DNA from: Eledone cirrhosa
Lineage: Eukaryota
Direction: 5' to 3'
Assembly (NCBI GenBank): GCA_964016885.1
Contig: OZ024740.1
Location: forward strand, 353,276,001-353,340,000
DNA length: 64,000 nt
Program-made: the position numbers and the translations under genes
In this document: positions 25,571 to 39,408 of the stretch, in pieces
Numbering within the stretch: position 1 is the first letter of the stretch
Layout of the letters: the number at the start of each line of letters is the position of its first letter
Notes under the pieces: model-generated
Seen by the model: the letters and a program-made list of their open reading frames with translations, nothing else
The model's database searches: none
What the model was told of the DNA's origin: nothing

Positions 25571-27029
25571 GTCTAAAGAATCTTTAAATCTTTTGATACT
25601 AAAACTGCCTGAAATCACCCCTGGTTCTATAATACTATGGTGATTATTTTTAAATGTTTACTCTATTACTCTATTATGTGTTCCAGCCGACAGACTGATG
25701 TCATTTTGGGGCACTACCACCATTTTATATTTATCTAAAAGCCTTCCATCAGAATTATATTTAAGAACCTTTGTTAAGTTATTTTTCTAACACTAACTTA
25801 ACCCTTTAGCATTTTAACCAGCCATATCTGGCCAGAATTTTCTCACCTCTTTCTGTTCAAACTGGCTGTAACCAGCTGCTCATACTGGTGTTAAGGTATT
25901 GTTCTCCAAATAAATAACTTCAAAATCTCATAGGTTCGATATTCTGTACAATAAAGCCTTTACCACAAAAATACAACAGTATATACAGAGTAATGTAAAT
26001 GATAAAGGGTTAAAGCGTAGATGATGATGTTGATCATGTACTTGTGGAATCTGTTGTCTCAGATAAGATAAGTGACAATGAAATTGTGAAAGTCTTTGTG
26101 AATGACAGATGTTCAAAAGATTGTTCCTGTATGTAGTAAGACTCAGAGCAGCATTAACAAGAGACTGAATTGCAGCAGCAAACTTTGACTTATGGCACAA
26201 AACTACTACTTCCAAATCAAAGATCATGTTAAATAACACTAGGTTCGGTAGGCAGTGCAAAACACAACTCATGCATTTACAGTGTTTCCTTGTGGGCGCT
26301 GTTGTGTTGAAAGGGAGCAATCAGAGTTTTTATTTCATTTGGGGGCGGTGAATATACTCAGGTGGGCGGTGGGCATTTATCTATTTTTTTTTTTTCAAAT
26401 CTTAAATAAAAAAAAATTTTAAAAACACTTTTACCACTTTGGCGACACCAAGCAAATTCCTGGCACCATGTGCAACTGGTGTCACTAAGGTGAAACCCCC
26501 AAAACAAAAACAAAAATCAGATGAATGGTGACAGACGACTAAAAGAAAAGAAACAAAACAATGGATAACAAAAAGCTGAATGTGCGTATTTGTGTGAATG
26601 GTGGTCAGAATTATGGATGAAACTGGCTTTTGGGAGTGATTGATATGTATGTGTTTGTATGTATGAGTATGTTTGTATGCATATGAGTGTGTGTATGTGA
26701 GTGTGTTGCCGTTTTGAATTCCTTTCTGCGATTGAAATTAAATTAACCCCTGGCGATTAAAGACCCAACCACACACACACACACATTTGTTTTAGGTTTT
26801 GTACCCATTTGATGTAAGATGAATTCAGTATCATCATCATCATCATTTTACGTCCACTTTTCCCTGCTTGCAAGGATTGGACGGGTCCTATTCAACACAG
26901 CATCTTTCCACTTCTCACGGTCCTTTAATTAGACAGGGGATCTTTGACAAAAAGGTTTGCCCCTAAAGGAGGCGCTAGCTGAAAAAAGGTTGGGAAACCC
27001 TGATTTACACTGTAGATGATAAAACTGAA

Positions 27030-27520
27030 TTCTTGTTTGGTTGTGAAGATGCCAATGCATTTTGCATTTTACAAAATACCCCAAGACTAACGAGCTCCAC
27101 AAAAAAAGCTACTCCAAGAATTTGATCACATAGTTGATGGAATTGGATCATTGAATAGTGATGAAATTAAGTTTAAGATAGACAGTAATGTTACACTAGT
27201 AATACAGCAATATCATCCCTTCCCTCTAACATACAGAGACAAAGTTGATAAAAACTTAAACTTTTGGCTCATGATATTATCGAACACTTGAACTCTAAAA
27301 AAGATTTAGAATAGATATCTAATGTTGTTATTATTGAGAAATGAGGAGACAGCAACAACAATCGTAGACATGCAAGGCATAAACAGAAGGTGTGGCTACC
27401 ACAGTTATGCAGCCTGTTAAGTGAATGGAGACCTATCAATTACACAAGTCAATCACTGTCTCCGTCACAGAACTATATTCTCCTGTAAAGAGGGAGAGGC
27501 TTGCCATCATGACAGGTTCT
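27030..27520 (+). pseudogene. Gypsy-type pol remnant
   Basis: EFDHIVDGIG...IKFKIDSNVT.VIQQ..PFP...RDKVD, DIIE and ISNVVIIEK, plus an RNase H-like PINYTSQSLS. Confidence 0.55.
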
Positions 27521-29229
27521 GTTCAAGGTGTTTCTTTACTGATACTGTTTCTCATTGATGACATTTAGTAAGTAGGTAACTACTTTTAAATTGGTAAAAT
27601 ACAAAGTACCGTCTTTGTCTTTACATACTTAATTATATTTTATGATAAGTAGTGCCAGCAGGTTGCACTGTGCAACCATGCAATGCTTTGTCATTATTAG
27701 ATAAAGTATATTTTATTTGTAACATTATCCATAGAAATGTAAAGATAAGCTATAATCGTGTTAATGTGTTGGGCGTAGCATATATAGAGAGAGGATATAT
27801 CAAATGGCAAGCATTTTGTCAGTCCCAGCATATAAACAATTACCATTGCACCCATGACAGGGGGAGGGGAGTATACTTCTTGACGGTAAGACTTTCATAA
27901 ATGAACGCTTTCCTTCTTTGTTGTAGTCTGAAAAATCAGAACTACATTTTGTTTTTACTTCATACCTTAGAAATTCATGTTGATAAAGAATAATAACAAT
28001 CATGATGCTACTGAGTTTCTATAGAAACGAAATGTCATTTCTATAACCAACTAATGCGTGTGTAGCGAAGTAGTACCTCGTCATTTCAGAAATAATCCAG
28101 TTGGTGTTGCTATGGATACTTGAAACACCATTTGCCTTTTATAAATAGAAGTCAAAAGTATCAGTGTTAATGATAGCAAGATTTACGAAATATCCTCTCA
28201 TTGGCGTTATTTCATATCGATAATACACTGAGTAAAAATCCAGCTGAGGTTAGCTTGGCTTATCATCCTTCGATAAAATAAAGTACCAGTAACGCACTGG
28301 GGTCGATTTAATCGACTTTTTCCCTTCCCTTCAAATCACCGTGCCAAAAGTAGAAACAATTATTACACCCGCCTGTAATAGTAAAACATGTTTAGTTTTA
28401 AGGGTAGCTAGTTGATAAGTTTGGCTAGAATTTTGAAGGTGAAATTTATAGGGGTTGGGGTCTTAATTTTTTTTTATGTGCTTTGAACGAATATAGCCTT
28501 CAAAACTGTCGAAAATAACTCGTTTTCTGCGATTCCCTCGCCCTATAACAACATTGCACCCATCTCGAAGACGGGTGTAATAATAAAAATTTACCGCCCT
28601 TTGTTCATTTTCAAATATTTTTGACAATTTCCAAATTGAAAACAAATTTTCAGCGACCGCTTTACTGTTTTCCGAAAGTGTTTAACTTTAACCGTTTAGA
28701 GCTTTAAAATGTTTTTAAATAAATTTTGTAGATTTTATTAGATAAACGTTATTGATAAACAGACACAAATATGCAATGTCCTTCTGCAGTTTCTGTCTAC
28801 CAAATTCCACTCCTAATCCTAAACGAACTTGGAACTATGTAGTTGAGACACGAATTTAATAATATGGTTCTTGGCCTATGATTAGAAAATAAAATAAAAA
28901 CGCTTCTCATGTGACAATCCTCAAAACCATTTTCTATTATTTACGATGCTTATTCGATATTGTGTTCTTTACAAAGTTTAATTGAATAAAAAGTAACTCT
29001 GATTATTTACTTCGATTTTATTATTATATTTCCTTTACTTTATTACAAATGAACAATAAACCAACGTCACCCAAATTATGTAGTAGTCGATACTTTCCCG
29101 TTGTATTTATGAATATGTAGACGCTTTATATACACAAACTAAGTACGTGGCAGCGAATAAACAAAAACCATACATTTCGCCGTTTCCATTTCACATTTTA
29201 CTTCTCAATCGTATTGACGTGTTAATAGA

Positions 29230-29295
29230 ACAGGAAACAACTAAAATATCTTCGACTTTTAGGATTAATAACAGATCAACTTACCGTTTTCTTTT
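29230..29295 (-). other. Probable first-exon splice donor of zinc-finger gene 1 (exon ends 29285); homologous donor at 44584 for gene 2
   Basis: GAAAACG|GTAAGTTGATCTGT compared with GAAAAGG|GTAAGTTGACTGT. Both are followed by TTTAG..GTTTCCTG about 45-50 nt into the intron. Confidence 0.55.
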
Positions 29296-30081
29296 TCTAG
29301 TCACAAATATATAAGTTGATTCATATTCATCTACACAATTTCATTGATAAGTACAGCGCTAAATTATATAGTATAAGGCTTAATCTAACAAAGGTAGCCT
29401 TACTTTCGTAAAATCTGATTTATGTTTTAACGTATTCTCTTGTGTTATTCAATTGTTACACAAAAAATAATTTAAATCTCTGTTTATATGTCATTGGTGG
29501 GTATGTTCATATTACTGTAACAACGTAGCTCCAATATGGAATGCGGGAGATATCTTTAAGTGCTGTCAGATTTCATTCGTTTTTGTAGAACTTCTATTCC
29601 ACTCTTAAGACACTTTGATTTCCTTTCTCTATTACAAAGAAATTAACAAGCCGATTTTCATAACGTTGTATTTGTGAAATTAGAAGAATAATTCTATGCT
29701 AATTTAATAATGAACCATTATTGTTGGGCAGAATCTTCTAAAAATAGAATTTGTCGTAGACTGGATAGTGAAAAGGACAGAGTATAAAAAGACAGAACTT
29801 AGACACACATTCATAGCCGTAGTAACAAATGCGTCAACACAAACACACGTTACCATTAAAGCAAGTACATACACATATCCTCCACTATACATGAAGACAA
29901 AACTGCAAAAGAGGTACATGGTAGAGCTGTAAATAGATGCACAGAAAAACAAGATGGAAGAAACCAGGGAAATACTGAAGAAGGGAATGAATGGATTTTG
30001 AAAATGAGTTGTATGTTGTAACAATCATGAGGTCAAATATATTGTATAAAGGATTCACTGGCCTAGTGATATATTTCTATT

Positions 30082-33000
30082 TGTGAGGCTAGGGAGCCAG
30101 AAGTGCAGGAGAGGTCTTGCCAGAAGAGAAGGGCCAGTGATGTCACATCGGAAATGCGAGCCGGATCTCTTTCTCTTGGCCCATGTGTAGGTGCAGAGTG
30201 TGGATATCCAATAATGACTGGTGTGAATGAGTGTGTGAGTTTTGCTACATTCTTTGGACCAACGCAAAACAGGTGAACATCACACAGGGAGATTCAGTCC
30301 AATCATCATCATCATCATCGTTTAACGTCCATATTCCACGCTTGCATGGGTTTGGATGGGAGTTTTCCCACTTGAGGCAAGAGTGGTTGTCTTGCTCGCA
30401 TAGGACTGTCTGGCGGGTTTTCTACGGCTGGATGTCCTTCCTAACACCAAACACGTTTACAGTGGAACTGGGAGGTTTTTACCGTGTTACCTACACGGCC
30501 ACATTACAGCGTGGACTGTGTTTTTTTTTGTCGTGACATCTACACGACCTCATTTGTTTCGGGCTGGATGTTGTGGTAGCAACATAACTTTACATTGAAA
30601 GGGGTGGTGTGGATGGGGTGGGGGTAGTGGGACGGGGGTGTATTTTGTTAGAGGTGCCTACTGACTGTAGTAGGTTTCACTTTGTACTTAGGTAAGGCGG
30701 GTCTTCTCTATTACTGTGTAGCGCCAAAGATCTCGGTCCAGTGACATTGTCTTGGAGAGGTGTAAGTGTGTGAGGTCGGAATTTATGAAGTCGTCCCAGG
30801 TTTTTCTGGGTCTGCCTATTCCGTGGCTACCGTCTATTTTTATTGACCTGCACTTTTTTATACAGCTGTTGTCTTTCATGCGCATCACATGACCATACCA
30901 ACGTAGCCTTCTCTCGAGTAAACAACATCTGATCCCTCTTATTTCTAAATCATGAGTGGAAACACAAAAGTAGCTCACTTCGCTTGTTATGACAAGCTAT
31001 TTCGGCAGTGTTTTTTTATTATTATTATTTACTATTTCTGATTTGCAGAAGATATGGTGACAAAAATAAAAATGCTTAGTGACACAATCAAAGCCTTCAG
31101 CGGCGAGGGAGATTTTATTGTATGGATTAGGAACAAAATTGGTCGCTACACTACAAAGCATCAAAAATATGGCAGGCATAATGGCACTGTATAACTGGCG
31201 TTATACTAAGAAATGGACCTGGCAGACCAACTGAATGCAGAGAAAATCAGCGCCTCAAGGTGGCATTCAATGGAGAAACTAGGAAAAGTAAGATGGATGG
31301 GATAACAGGTTGGTGTGTTCATGGAAATCCAAAGGTTGGCTACACTAGCCAAATTCACAGGAGAAAACTTAGAAAGGGTTGTGCAGGTGGTGTTCATGAA
31401 TGGATTCCCAGACAAAATTTCTGTGAGGTTCCAACAGCTGCAGTGCAAAAACAAAATGGCCATGAGTGAGCTGATCACACAGGCCCACATGGTGACACAA
31501 GGCACTGAGTGGAATGTTGTGGTGTTAGCAGTGACGGAAGCCCATAACAGTCAACAAATAATGAAAGGAGATGAGCTCCCATGAACTCTCGGCCGCAGGT
31601 ATTCAAAGGCCAATGCTTCAGGTGTCAGGGTCCGCACGTGATGGGACTGCAAGGAACCGAAGCCTGAAATAATTTGCTACTGATGTAAGCGGGCAGGCCA
31701 CATAGCAACCAGGAAAATGGTCAAAGGGGAGTTACTATACCAGCAGCTACCCCTGGAAGCAAGTAGAGGCGCTCCTGCAGTCGCTGTCCTTAGTAGAGGT
31801 TCTGGTGGGTCAAAGCTGTCACAAATCCTTGTGGACATGGACTGCGCAATGACATTATTGACCCTGTAGGGGGTTAAAAAGTGGAGTGGGATGAGTAGAA
31901 TAAAGGCAGTTGACTGCAAAGAGATTAGATGCAGAGGTAGCAGTTAGGTGGAGATGGCAGTACAAGAAATAAAAATATGGCTACGAGTGGTCATGATCCA
32001 CCAAATGGTGGATGGAATTGATGTGGTTATGGATTTGGGAATTGATACGCATGGATGTGCTACAAGTGAGAGAGGATGGGGTAACGTTTGGTAGCGCAGG
32101 AATGCCATGTGCCATGAGTGTGCAACAGGGAGAGCTATAAAGAAAAATGTAGTGTTCATACCATTCAAGATAAAGATTTCTGAGCTCTGTTTGACAATCA
32201 GCGGTGGATAGTTGAGTGGTACTGGAAAGGAGAGCCTCTGTTGTTGAAGAACAGAGTGAACTGCTATCAGCATACCCTAAAGAGGGATGCTAGGAGCGAG
32301 TGTGAGGGAAAAGTGCAAAGATGGATTGAGGAAGGCATATTAATCCCTTGGAAGAAGATAATGAGTGGAATGTTGCCGCTATTGGCAGTAGTGCAGCCAA
32401 CGAAGAACAAGGTCAGGCTGGACTTTCATGAAGTGAATAAACACGTGTCCTGCTACACAGACAACAAGGGTACAGATGTCTGCAAGAAAACCTTATGAGA
32501 GTGGAGACAAGTGAAGGGGGCCCTCCACAATCGTTGACTTAAAGTCAGCATATCTGCAACTGAGTACTGTGGCAATATCAGCTGGTTAGGTATAAGGGCC
32601 AGACATATTGCCTGACCAGGCTGTGGTTCGAGAGGACCACCAATTCCGACATTGACAATATCTTGGTAGATGAGACAATGGTGTCGGCAACAGAGGTCTC
32701 AAACCACCTTGAAAGGTTCGGGTTAACCGTGAAACCACCAGAAGTAATGGACGGAGCTGCGCTGGGAAGAGACAAGACAGGCACATTGGTATTTCAGAGG
32801 AACTTTTCTTGATGTGTCACGGAAGAATGAGGAGGGTGGTTGGGCTTTGGGCCTAGTGTGCAGTGGTAATGGGGCTGCGCCTCGTGGACAAAAGCATTTC
32901 CTTGGACAATGGCCAACAACTGCTGCAACGGCCACCAGACCTTGCAGGGCTCCTTTCTCGGACAGACCGCCAATGTTTCAACAATATGGGGTCCAAGTAT

Positions 33001-33150
33001 ACATGAGGTTTCAACGCCAATGATTCCTACACAGACAATCATTCCTCTCAAGATGTCCAGAACAGCAAGAAGCAGCATGAGAAGGCAAATAATTCATAAG
33101 GCTGAAGGTGCGTGATAAATAAGCTGTCTAAAAGTATAGTGAATTCTGTT
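30082..33150 (+). mobile_element. Decayed Gypsy LTR retrotransposon (putative 5' LTR, gag, protease, RT), with an RTE 3' fragment nested at 30300-30945 (-)
   Basis: Gag-like FMNGFPD, zinc knuckles CFRCQGPH and C.*C..AGHIA, protease-like LVDMD, and RT motifs LLAVVQPTKNKVRLDF.E.N, IVDLKSAYLQL and YCLTRL. There are many stops. The nested RTE shows RLRWYGHVMRM, GRPRKTW and a (CAT)n tail. Confidence 0.8.
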
Positions 33151-35258
33151 ATCAGTTATCTGGGATCAATGGATTTCTGAAGAAGTAACAGACATGTTTG
33201 TTACAGAAATTAATCCCATAAGACATCCCAACACAATACCTCTGTTGTTAGATATGTTGATAGCACTGGCACTATCCAAAAAAGATTAGTGTGTGTAATG
33301 AAATGAGGAATCTACTGGGAAGCTGTCTTAAAACTTGTTTCTGAAGTTAAGTTAGGGCTGAATCTTAGCCTCAGAAACTGAGTTGTAAATTCAACACACT
33401 ACTATCAAAGGAAGCTCCACTTCAGATCTGTTTGGTGCCACCCACTGGTTAACCCTTTTCATACCAACTTGACCCAGTTCTATGATGACAACTTCTTGTT
33501 TTAAAGTATTTATACTTAATTAAAAAATATTATAGGAAAATATTTTAAAGCTATGTACATAAATGTCAGCTTAATATGGTTAGTTATTTACAAAATTAAT
33601 TGAAAAACAAGGGTGGCATGATTCAGTAGAAATAGGGTATCAAAAGGGTTAAATTTCATTGAATGAAAATACAAGTGTTGTGGTGAATAGCACATCACTA
33701 TTTTTACTAATGAATAACACTGCAGCATATTTCAGGAATCTTATCAATGAATGAATATCTTAAGTTGACACTTCACAATTATGAATGGAATGGGAAGTAG
33801 ATAAGAGTCAACAGATGTTGCCTTGAAGGTTATTTGATTCATTCAACAACCCAACTCAAGTGTTTTATATGGAATTTATCACCACTCTTCGAATTGCAGT
33901 CATTAGATAGAGAACAGCAACAAATACCACAAAGCATTCTATGTTCAAATCTTGCTGAAGTCAACTTTGCCTTTCATCCTTTCAAAGTCAATAAAAAAAA
34001 AAGTATCAATGCAGTACTGGAAGAAATCAGCTATGTTCAGACTAGGCAAGGCGATGAGATCCGTCATGTTTAAGGTGCCCAAGTCAATCTGTATCACAAC
34101 GGTAACCCTATCACTCTATCAGAAGCTACATGTTCATACATTCATATATATCACCATACTTAATACTATAACAGTTGCTGACAATAATCAAGCAGCTGTT
34201 GTGATCAATGTGAAGAGATACAATGACTGTCACGTGAAATTTGAAACAATTCTAACTGCACAAGTACTCACCTATACAACAGCACTCTCCAGATATCTAC
34301 AAGCTGTGCAACTGAAATTGCTGACTGTGTGTTGAATGGTGGATGAATAGCTAGAGATTGTGCAGATGCTACAGAATGACTTCCAAGCTTTTTATGATGC
34401 AGCTGCAACATTTGTTCAATGAGTTAATGATCAGCTGGATGAAATGAAAGTAGGTATCTTGCAGAAACCTACTTTCCTAAACATGGCATACTTATGTTAG
34501 TGTTGAAAATTAATTTTTATCTTTCATTGAATTTATTTATTTTTATTTTTTAAATAAAGGTTTTTACACAAAATTATGATGGAAGGTTTTTAGATAAATA
34601 TAAGCACTTTAAAATGTGCAGTTTAGTATTGTAGATTCAGGGGCAGAGTGGTTTGAAAAGAGGTAGATAATAGAAAATCATAATTTACAGAATAAAAACA
34701 CAATGACAATTGATATTTTAGTTTTATTGATATTTCTAAAGGAGGTTTTGAGTATATGAATTTTATTTTTCTCAACAGTGACAATTTATACAAATTTATT
34801 GGTTAACAACTGTAATATGTTAGCAAAGAGTTCACAGTAAGATATATTTGATAATATGCCTGGTTACTACAGAAATAAATTGATGCAAATAGTTAGTCTA
34901 ATTTATTTTAAATGAAGTTTAGGAAAAGATTTTTAAAATACACAATGAAACATGACCAAGTTACATGGAGAGTTTCCATTAATTTTAATCATCATATTAT
35001 GGAGGATTCTGGAAGAAAGTTCATGAAAATAAGATACAGTAATCTGTGTAAAAACGTTTAGGGTGCATTTCTTGAAATTGATTTAGATTTCACATAAGTC
35101 AACAATTTAACAAGTCAGAATTAGTGTTGTGTGAGTTTCTGCTTTTCATTAAAATATTCCAGCATTTTAAAGTAGCAATATATTTGCAGCACCTGAATCC
35201 ATCTTTCAATAAAGTTTTTACGATGAATTGTCCCAAAAAAGTATTAATTAATGATGGT

Positions 35259-36749
35259 TTAATTACTCTGTGACACTGTATTTAATGTACTTTTACTAGA
35301 ACATGGCTTTTCTATTCCATGCACAACTTTTTTATGCTTAGCCAACTGGCAATAATGAGAAAATGTTTCGTTACAAATTTTACAGCGGTGTGGTTTTTCT
35401 CCTGTGTGAATACGAATGTGTTTTGATAAATTTCCACTTAAAGAGAAGTATTTACCACAAATATCACACTGAAATGGCTTGTCACCAGTGTGAACATGTA
35501 TATGGTTAGATAAATGACTACTACAAGAAAATGTTTTACCACAGACATCACAGTGGTATGGCTTTTCACCTGTATGAATACGTTGGTGACGTGATAAATC
35601 GCTACTTCCAGAAAAGGCTTTATCACAGATATCACAATGGTATGGCTTCTCTCCAGTGTGGATACGAATGTGTTTAGACAGATGACTACTGCAAGAAAAT
35701 GTTCGACTGCAAATATCACAATGGAATGGTTTCTCCCCTGTATGAATACGTTGGTGGCGAGATAAACTGCTATTTCCAGCAAATGATTTACCACAGATAT
35801 CACAGCGGAAAGGTCTCTCCCCAGTGTGAATATATTGATGAATAGCTAAAGTGTTACGTTGAGAAAATGCTTTACCACAGATATCGCAACAGTACGGTTT
35901 TGTATCTGTGTGAATTCGTTTGTGTTTATATAAATTGCTACAACAAGAGAAAATTTTACCACAGACATCACAATTAAATGGTTTTTCTCCTGCATGAGCA
36001 CATTTGTGGCTCATAAAATTACTATTACAAAGAAATGTTTTACCACAGTTATCACATTGTTGTGGTTTGTCTCTCAAGTGGAGACGCTTATGGCTAGTTA
36101 AAATACTACTGCGAGATACTGCTTTACCACAGATATCACAGCGATATGGTTTCTCACCAGTATGAACACGTTTGTGCCGTGATAAATCACTATTTCCAGA
36201 AAATGCTTTACCACAGACATCACAGTGATATGGTTTCTCTCCTGCATGAATACGTAGGTGAGTTGATAAATAACCACTTTGAGAAAAAGATTTACCACAG
36301 ACATCACAATGGTATGGTCTTTCGCCTGTATGAACACGCTTGTGACAAGTTAAATCACTATTTACAGAAAAGGATTTACCACAAACATCACACTGGTGTG
36401 GTTTTTCTCCAGTATGTATACGTTTATGATTAGATAAATGGCCACTTTGAGCAAAAGCTTTACCACAGATATCACAGGGGTATGGCCTCTCTCCTGCGTG
36501 AATACGTTTATGATAAGATAAAGATCTGTTTGTAGTAAAGTTTCTGCCACAAATTTCACAATGATATAATTTTGAACCTCTATGTATTAATTTATGTTGG
36601 ATTAAATGATTTCTTCCTTTGAAAGATTTTCCACATACACCACAAGGATATAATTTGTTGCTTATATCTTCCTCAGTCTCTTGAGAGATGTCATTATTTT
36701 CTGGAAATATTTCACCTTCAACATTACTCTCACACAGTTCTTCCTCCAT
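35259..36749 (-). CDS. C2H2 zinc-finger protein, ~496 aa from ATG at 36749, 16 tandem fingers
   Basis: Uninterrupted ORF. The ATG context MEEELCESNV aligns with the start of the paralog at 20145. TGEKP linkers throughout. Confidence 0.93.
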   Translation of the reverse strand: MEEELCESNVEGEIFPENNDISQETEEDISNKLYPCGVCGKSFKGRNHLIQHKLIHRGSKLYHCEICGRNFTTNRSLSYHKRIHAGERPYPCDICGKAFAQSGHLSNHKRIHTGEKPHQCDVCGKSFSVNSDLTCHKRVHTGERPYHCDVCGKSFSQSGYLSTHLRIHAGEKPYHCDVCGKAFSGNSDLSRHKRVHTGEKPYRCDICGKAVSRSSILTSHKRLHLRDKPQQCDNCGKTFLCNSNFMSHKCAHAGEKPFNCDVCGKIFSCCSNLYKHKRIHTDTKPYCCDICGKAFSQRNTLAIHQYIHTGERPFRCDICGKSFAGNSSLSRHQRIHTGEKPFHCDICSRTFSCSSHLSKHIRIHTGEKPYHCDICDKAFSGSSDLSRHQRIHTGEKPYHCDVCGKTFSCSSHLSNHIHVHTGDKPFQCDICGKYFSLSGNLSKHIRIHTGEKPHRCKICNETFSHYCQLAKHKKVVHGIEKPCSSKSTLNTVSQSN

Positions 36750-37725
36750 ATCTTCTGGTAAATGTATGGGAAAATAATTCTCACTCTTTATATATTTTTT
36801 TATTTTTTGTAATTTATAGGATCTATTTCTTGAGATATTTGTAAGAATGATTTTCCTCAACAGTGAACATAGTCAAAGTTTTTAAATATTTCAATTGTTA
36901 AGGAAACAGCTGCAAGATAATTATTATCAGAATCGGTAGAGGGTTGGACGCCATGCTTTCTAGCATAGTTACGTCCCTTTACAATCTGAGTTCAAATCCC
37001 GCCAAGGTTAACTTTGCCTTTCATCCTTTACAGGGTCGATAAAATAAAGTACCAGTAATGTACTAGTTAATTGCTGGCCTTGTGCCTAAAGTAGAAACAA
37101 TTATTCTTTATAGTTTAATCTTGCAGTTAGAGATCAACAAATAATTTAACTTGCTACAGTTCTTATATCCAGATATGACAGACATTACACATGAGACATC
37201 AGAGTGTCACAGTAAAGTTTCCTAGTTTAATTGATACAAAAACAAATTACACAGTAGACATACTTCTATCCGTTGAAATCTTTGCAGTTAATTTCAATTC
37301 AGAAGAAATATTTCACAATAATTTAATCAAGTTTATAAGCATAAAATGACGGGTTCCTGATATTGTCATTCTTCAGACTTTGAAATCTTAAATTTTCTTG
37401 CATTCTGGATGAGAAAATCTCACCTCAATGCAACCAGATTCCCTGCAATAAAGAGATAATATAAGATAAAAAGGAAAATTTATTTATTAATATAAAAGTT
37501 ACTAAAGAGAAATGACATGCCTTAAGATATTCAAAGTTAGAAGAACAAGAATATGACAGAAAATACATACAAAGAAAAGGCAATGGTATCATGATGTGTG
37601 TGTGTGTGGGGGGGGGGGGGGGGGGGGGTTAATGAAAACTATGGGTAGGTGGCTTAGAAAAGAAGCATTAAAGAGATGAGTAGCAAACAGAATTGATGGA
37701 GACACACACTGTCAATGGAATAAAG

Positions 37726-37871
37726 CAGTCATGGGCAAACTGCGGCCCGTTTGGCTTTCTGAATGGCATGCCTAATTTCAAAACTACCTTGAATTTCTAA
37801 GTAGTGTGGCCTGCCAAATGATGTGACACATCCTATGAGGCCCACTGCTTGAAAATGGTTGCCCATGCCTG
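37726..37871. mobile_element. hAT (Charlie-like) MITE, 146 bp
   Basis: TIR CAG(T/G)CATGGGCAA and a perfect 8-bp TSD GAATAAAG at 37718-37725 and 37872-37879. A related terminus occurs at ~8093. Confidence 0.88.
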
Positions 37872-39141
37872 GAATAAAGCTTCAAGTTGTCAAGATGGTG
37901 AGGTATCCAATCAATCAGGTGACACTAAGACACTATCTATCTTGCCTTTCCTAAAGCATGCACAAAACTTTACATGCAGTACCTCATACTAAAGATTTCA
38001 TACATATATTTCTCTCACACACTAACCTCCAACTTTCAAAACTCTACATTAACCATATCCTAGATTCATATGTCCAATAAGAGCAGATCCACACAGGATA
38101 TGGACAATGTAGTCCCCCAACCCTAATGCAATAAAAAAAAAAACACATGCATCCACAAATTTCTATTTTCGCTGCACAAACACTAATTGTTAAACATTCA
38201 AAACAAACCTGAAAAATACGTATAGCCATCATAAATTTTTCAAAAAGAAAGTAATAGAAGTTGATGAAAATTTCAGCAACCCCTTCATATCTAAGGATTG
38301 GATACAAACTACAGACCATAAATGGTGACCAATACATTTACATTTTGACCTTTGTAATTCTTTACATGGCTGCAGTCATTGGATTATGGCCATGATTGGG
38401 CACCCTGTTCATCAGTCATATCGTATTGATAACCAAGTTAGTCTATAAAATAAAGGGACACAACTCAACACAGACACATGATGGGCTTTGGCACAGTTTT
38501 ATCAACACATACACAAGATATTGGTCAAACTGAGTCTACAGTATAAACAACTTGCCCAAGGAGCTGCACAGTTGAATCAAATCAAGGACCACATGGTTGT
38601 GAGTGAACTTCTTACCAGACAGCTATGTGTGTGTCTATGTAAGCTTCATTTTCTGAAAAGTTTTATTGAAATGGTATCATCATATCCTTAAATCTCACAA
38701 TTTATTTAGTTTTATACCTACTACAAATGTGCCAAAACTCAAGTCCCTGTGGCTTGGTCTAAAAACATGAAAAGCTTACACTTGCATCGCAAAATTGACT
38801 TTACATAAATATTTTTAAAATTGAAAAAAAAAAAAATTTCATTTTCAAGAACCTGAAAAAAATAGACAACTGCTATCCCATGGACACTGTTAATTTGTGT
38901 AATTTGAAGATGATTATCACCTCAGTTTCAAAGATATGACATCACAAATATGGCTATTTAAGATTTCAACTAATTCGTTGACCATTCAAATTGTCATATT
39001 TCCTAAACTATTCATCCAAATTTCACAAATGAGGTATCAAAATGTTTCTTTTTGGATGCTCTTGTTGTTGCTAATTTATTTTGCGACTTACCAATTTCAA
39101 AGAAATCTAAATAATAGCTCATCACCATTAAGAATTAATTC

Positions 39142-39408
39142 TTAGAAAAGTGTAGGAATCCCAAATGAAGAAAATAACTGTAACCACAGTTAATAATTGC
39201 TATACATAATAGCTTAGAAAATCAGGCAAAATATCCCTATGCACAGAAAAAAGCAGCTAGCAGCCACTACGGAGAATCAAACACCACTCTGCAACAGTCA
39301 CTAGTCACGTTTTCCAGAGGTATTTTACCTCATTTTTTAAGTTGCTATTTATAGCAATCGATTGTGGCTACAGTTATTTTCTGTGTTTGGGATTCCAATA
39401 TTTTCTAA
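39142..39408. mobile_element. Long-TIR (about 95 bp) fold-back MITE
   Basis: 39142-39238 and 39318-39408 are imperfect reverse complements (TTAGAAAA..GGAATCCCAAA..AGAAAATAACTGTA.CCACA..). Confidence 0.7.

Noticed and set aside
36750-36860. N-terminal 37-aa extension of the 533-aa ORF
   Set aside because: It begins at a non-ATG codon; the paralog alignment supports the ATG at 36749.
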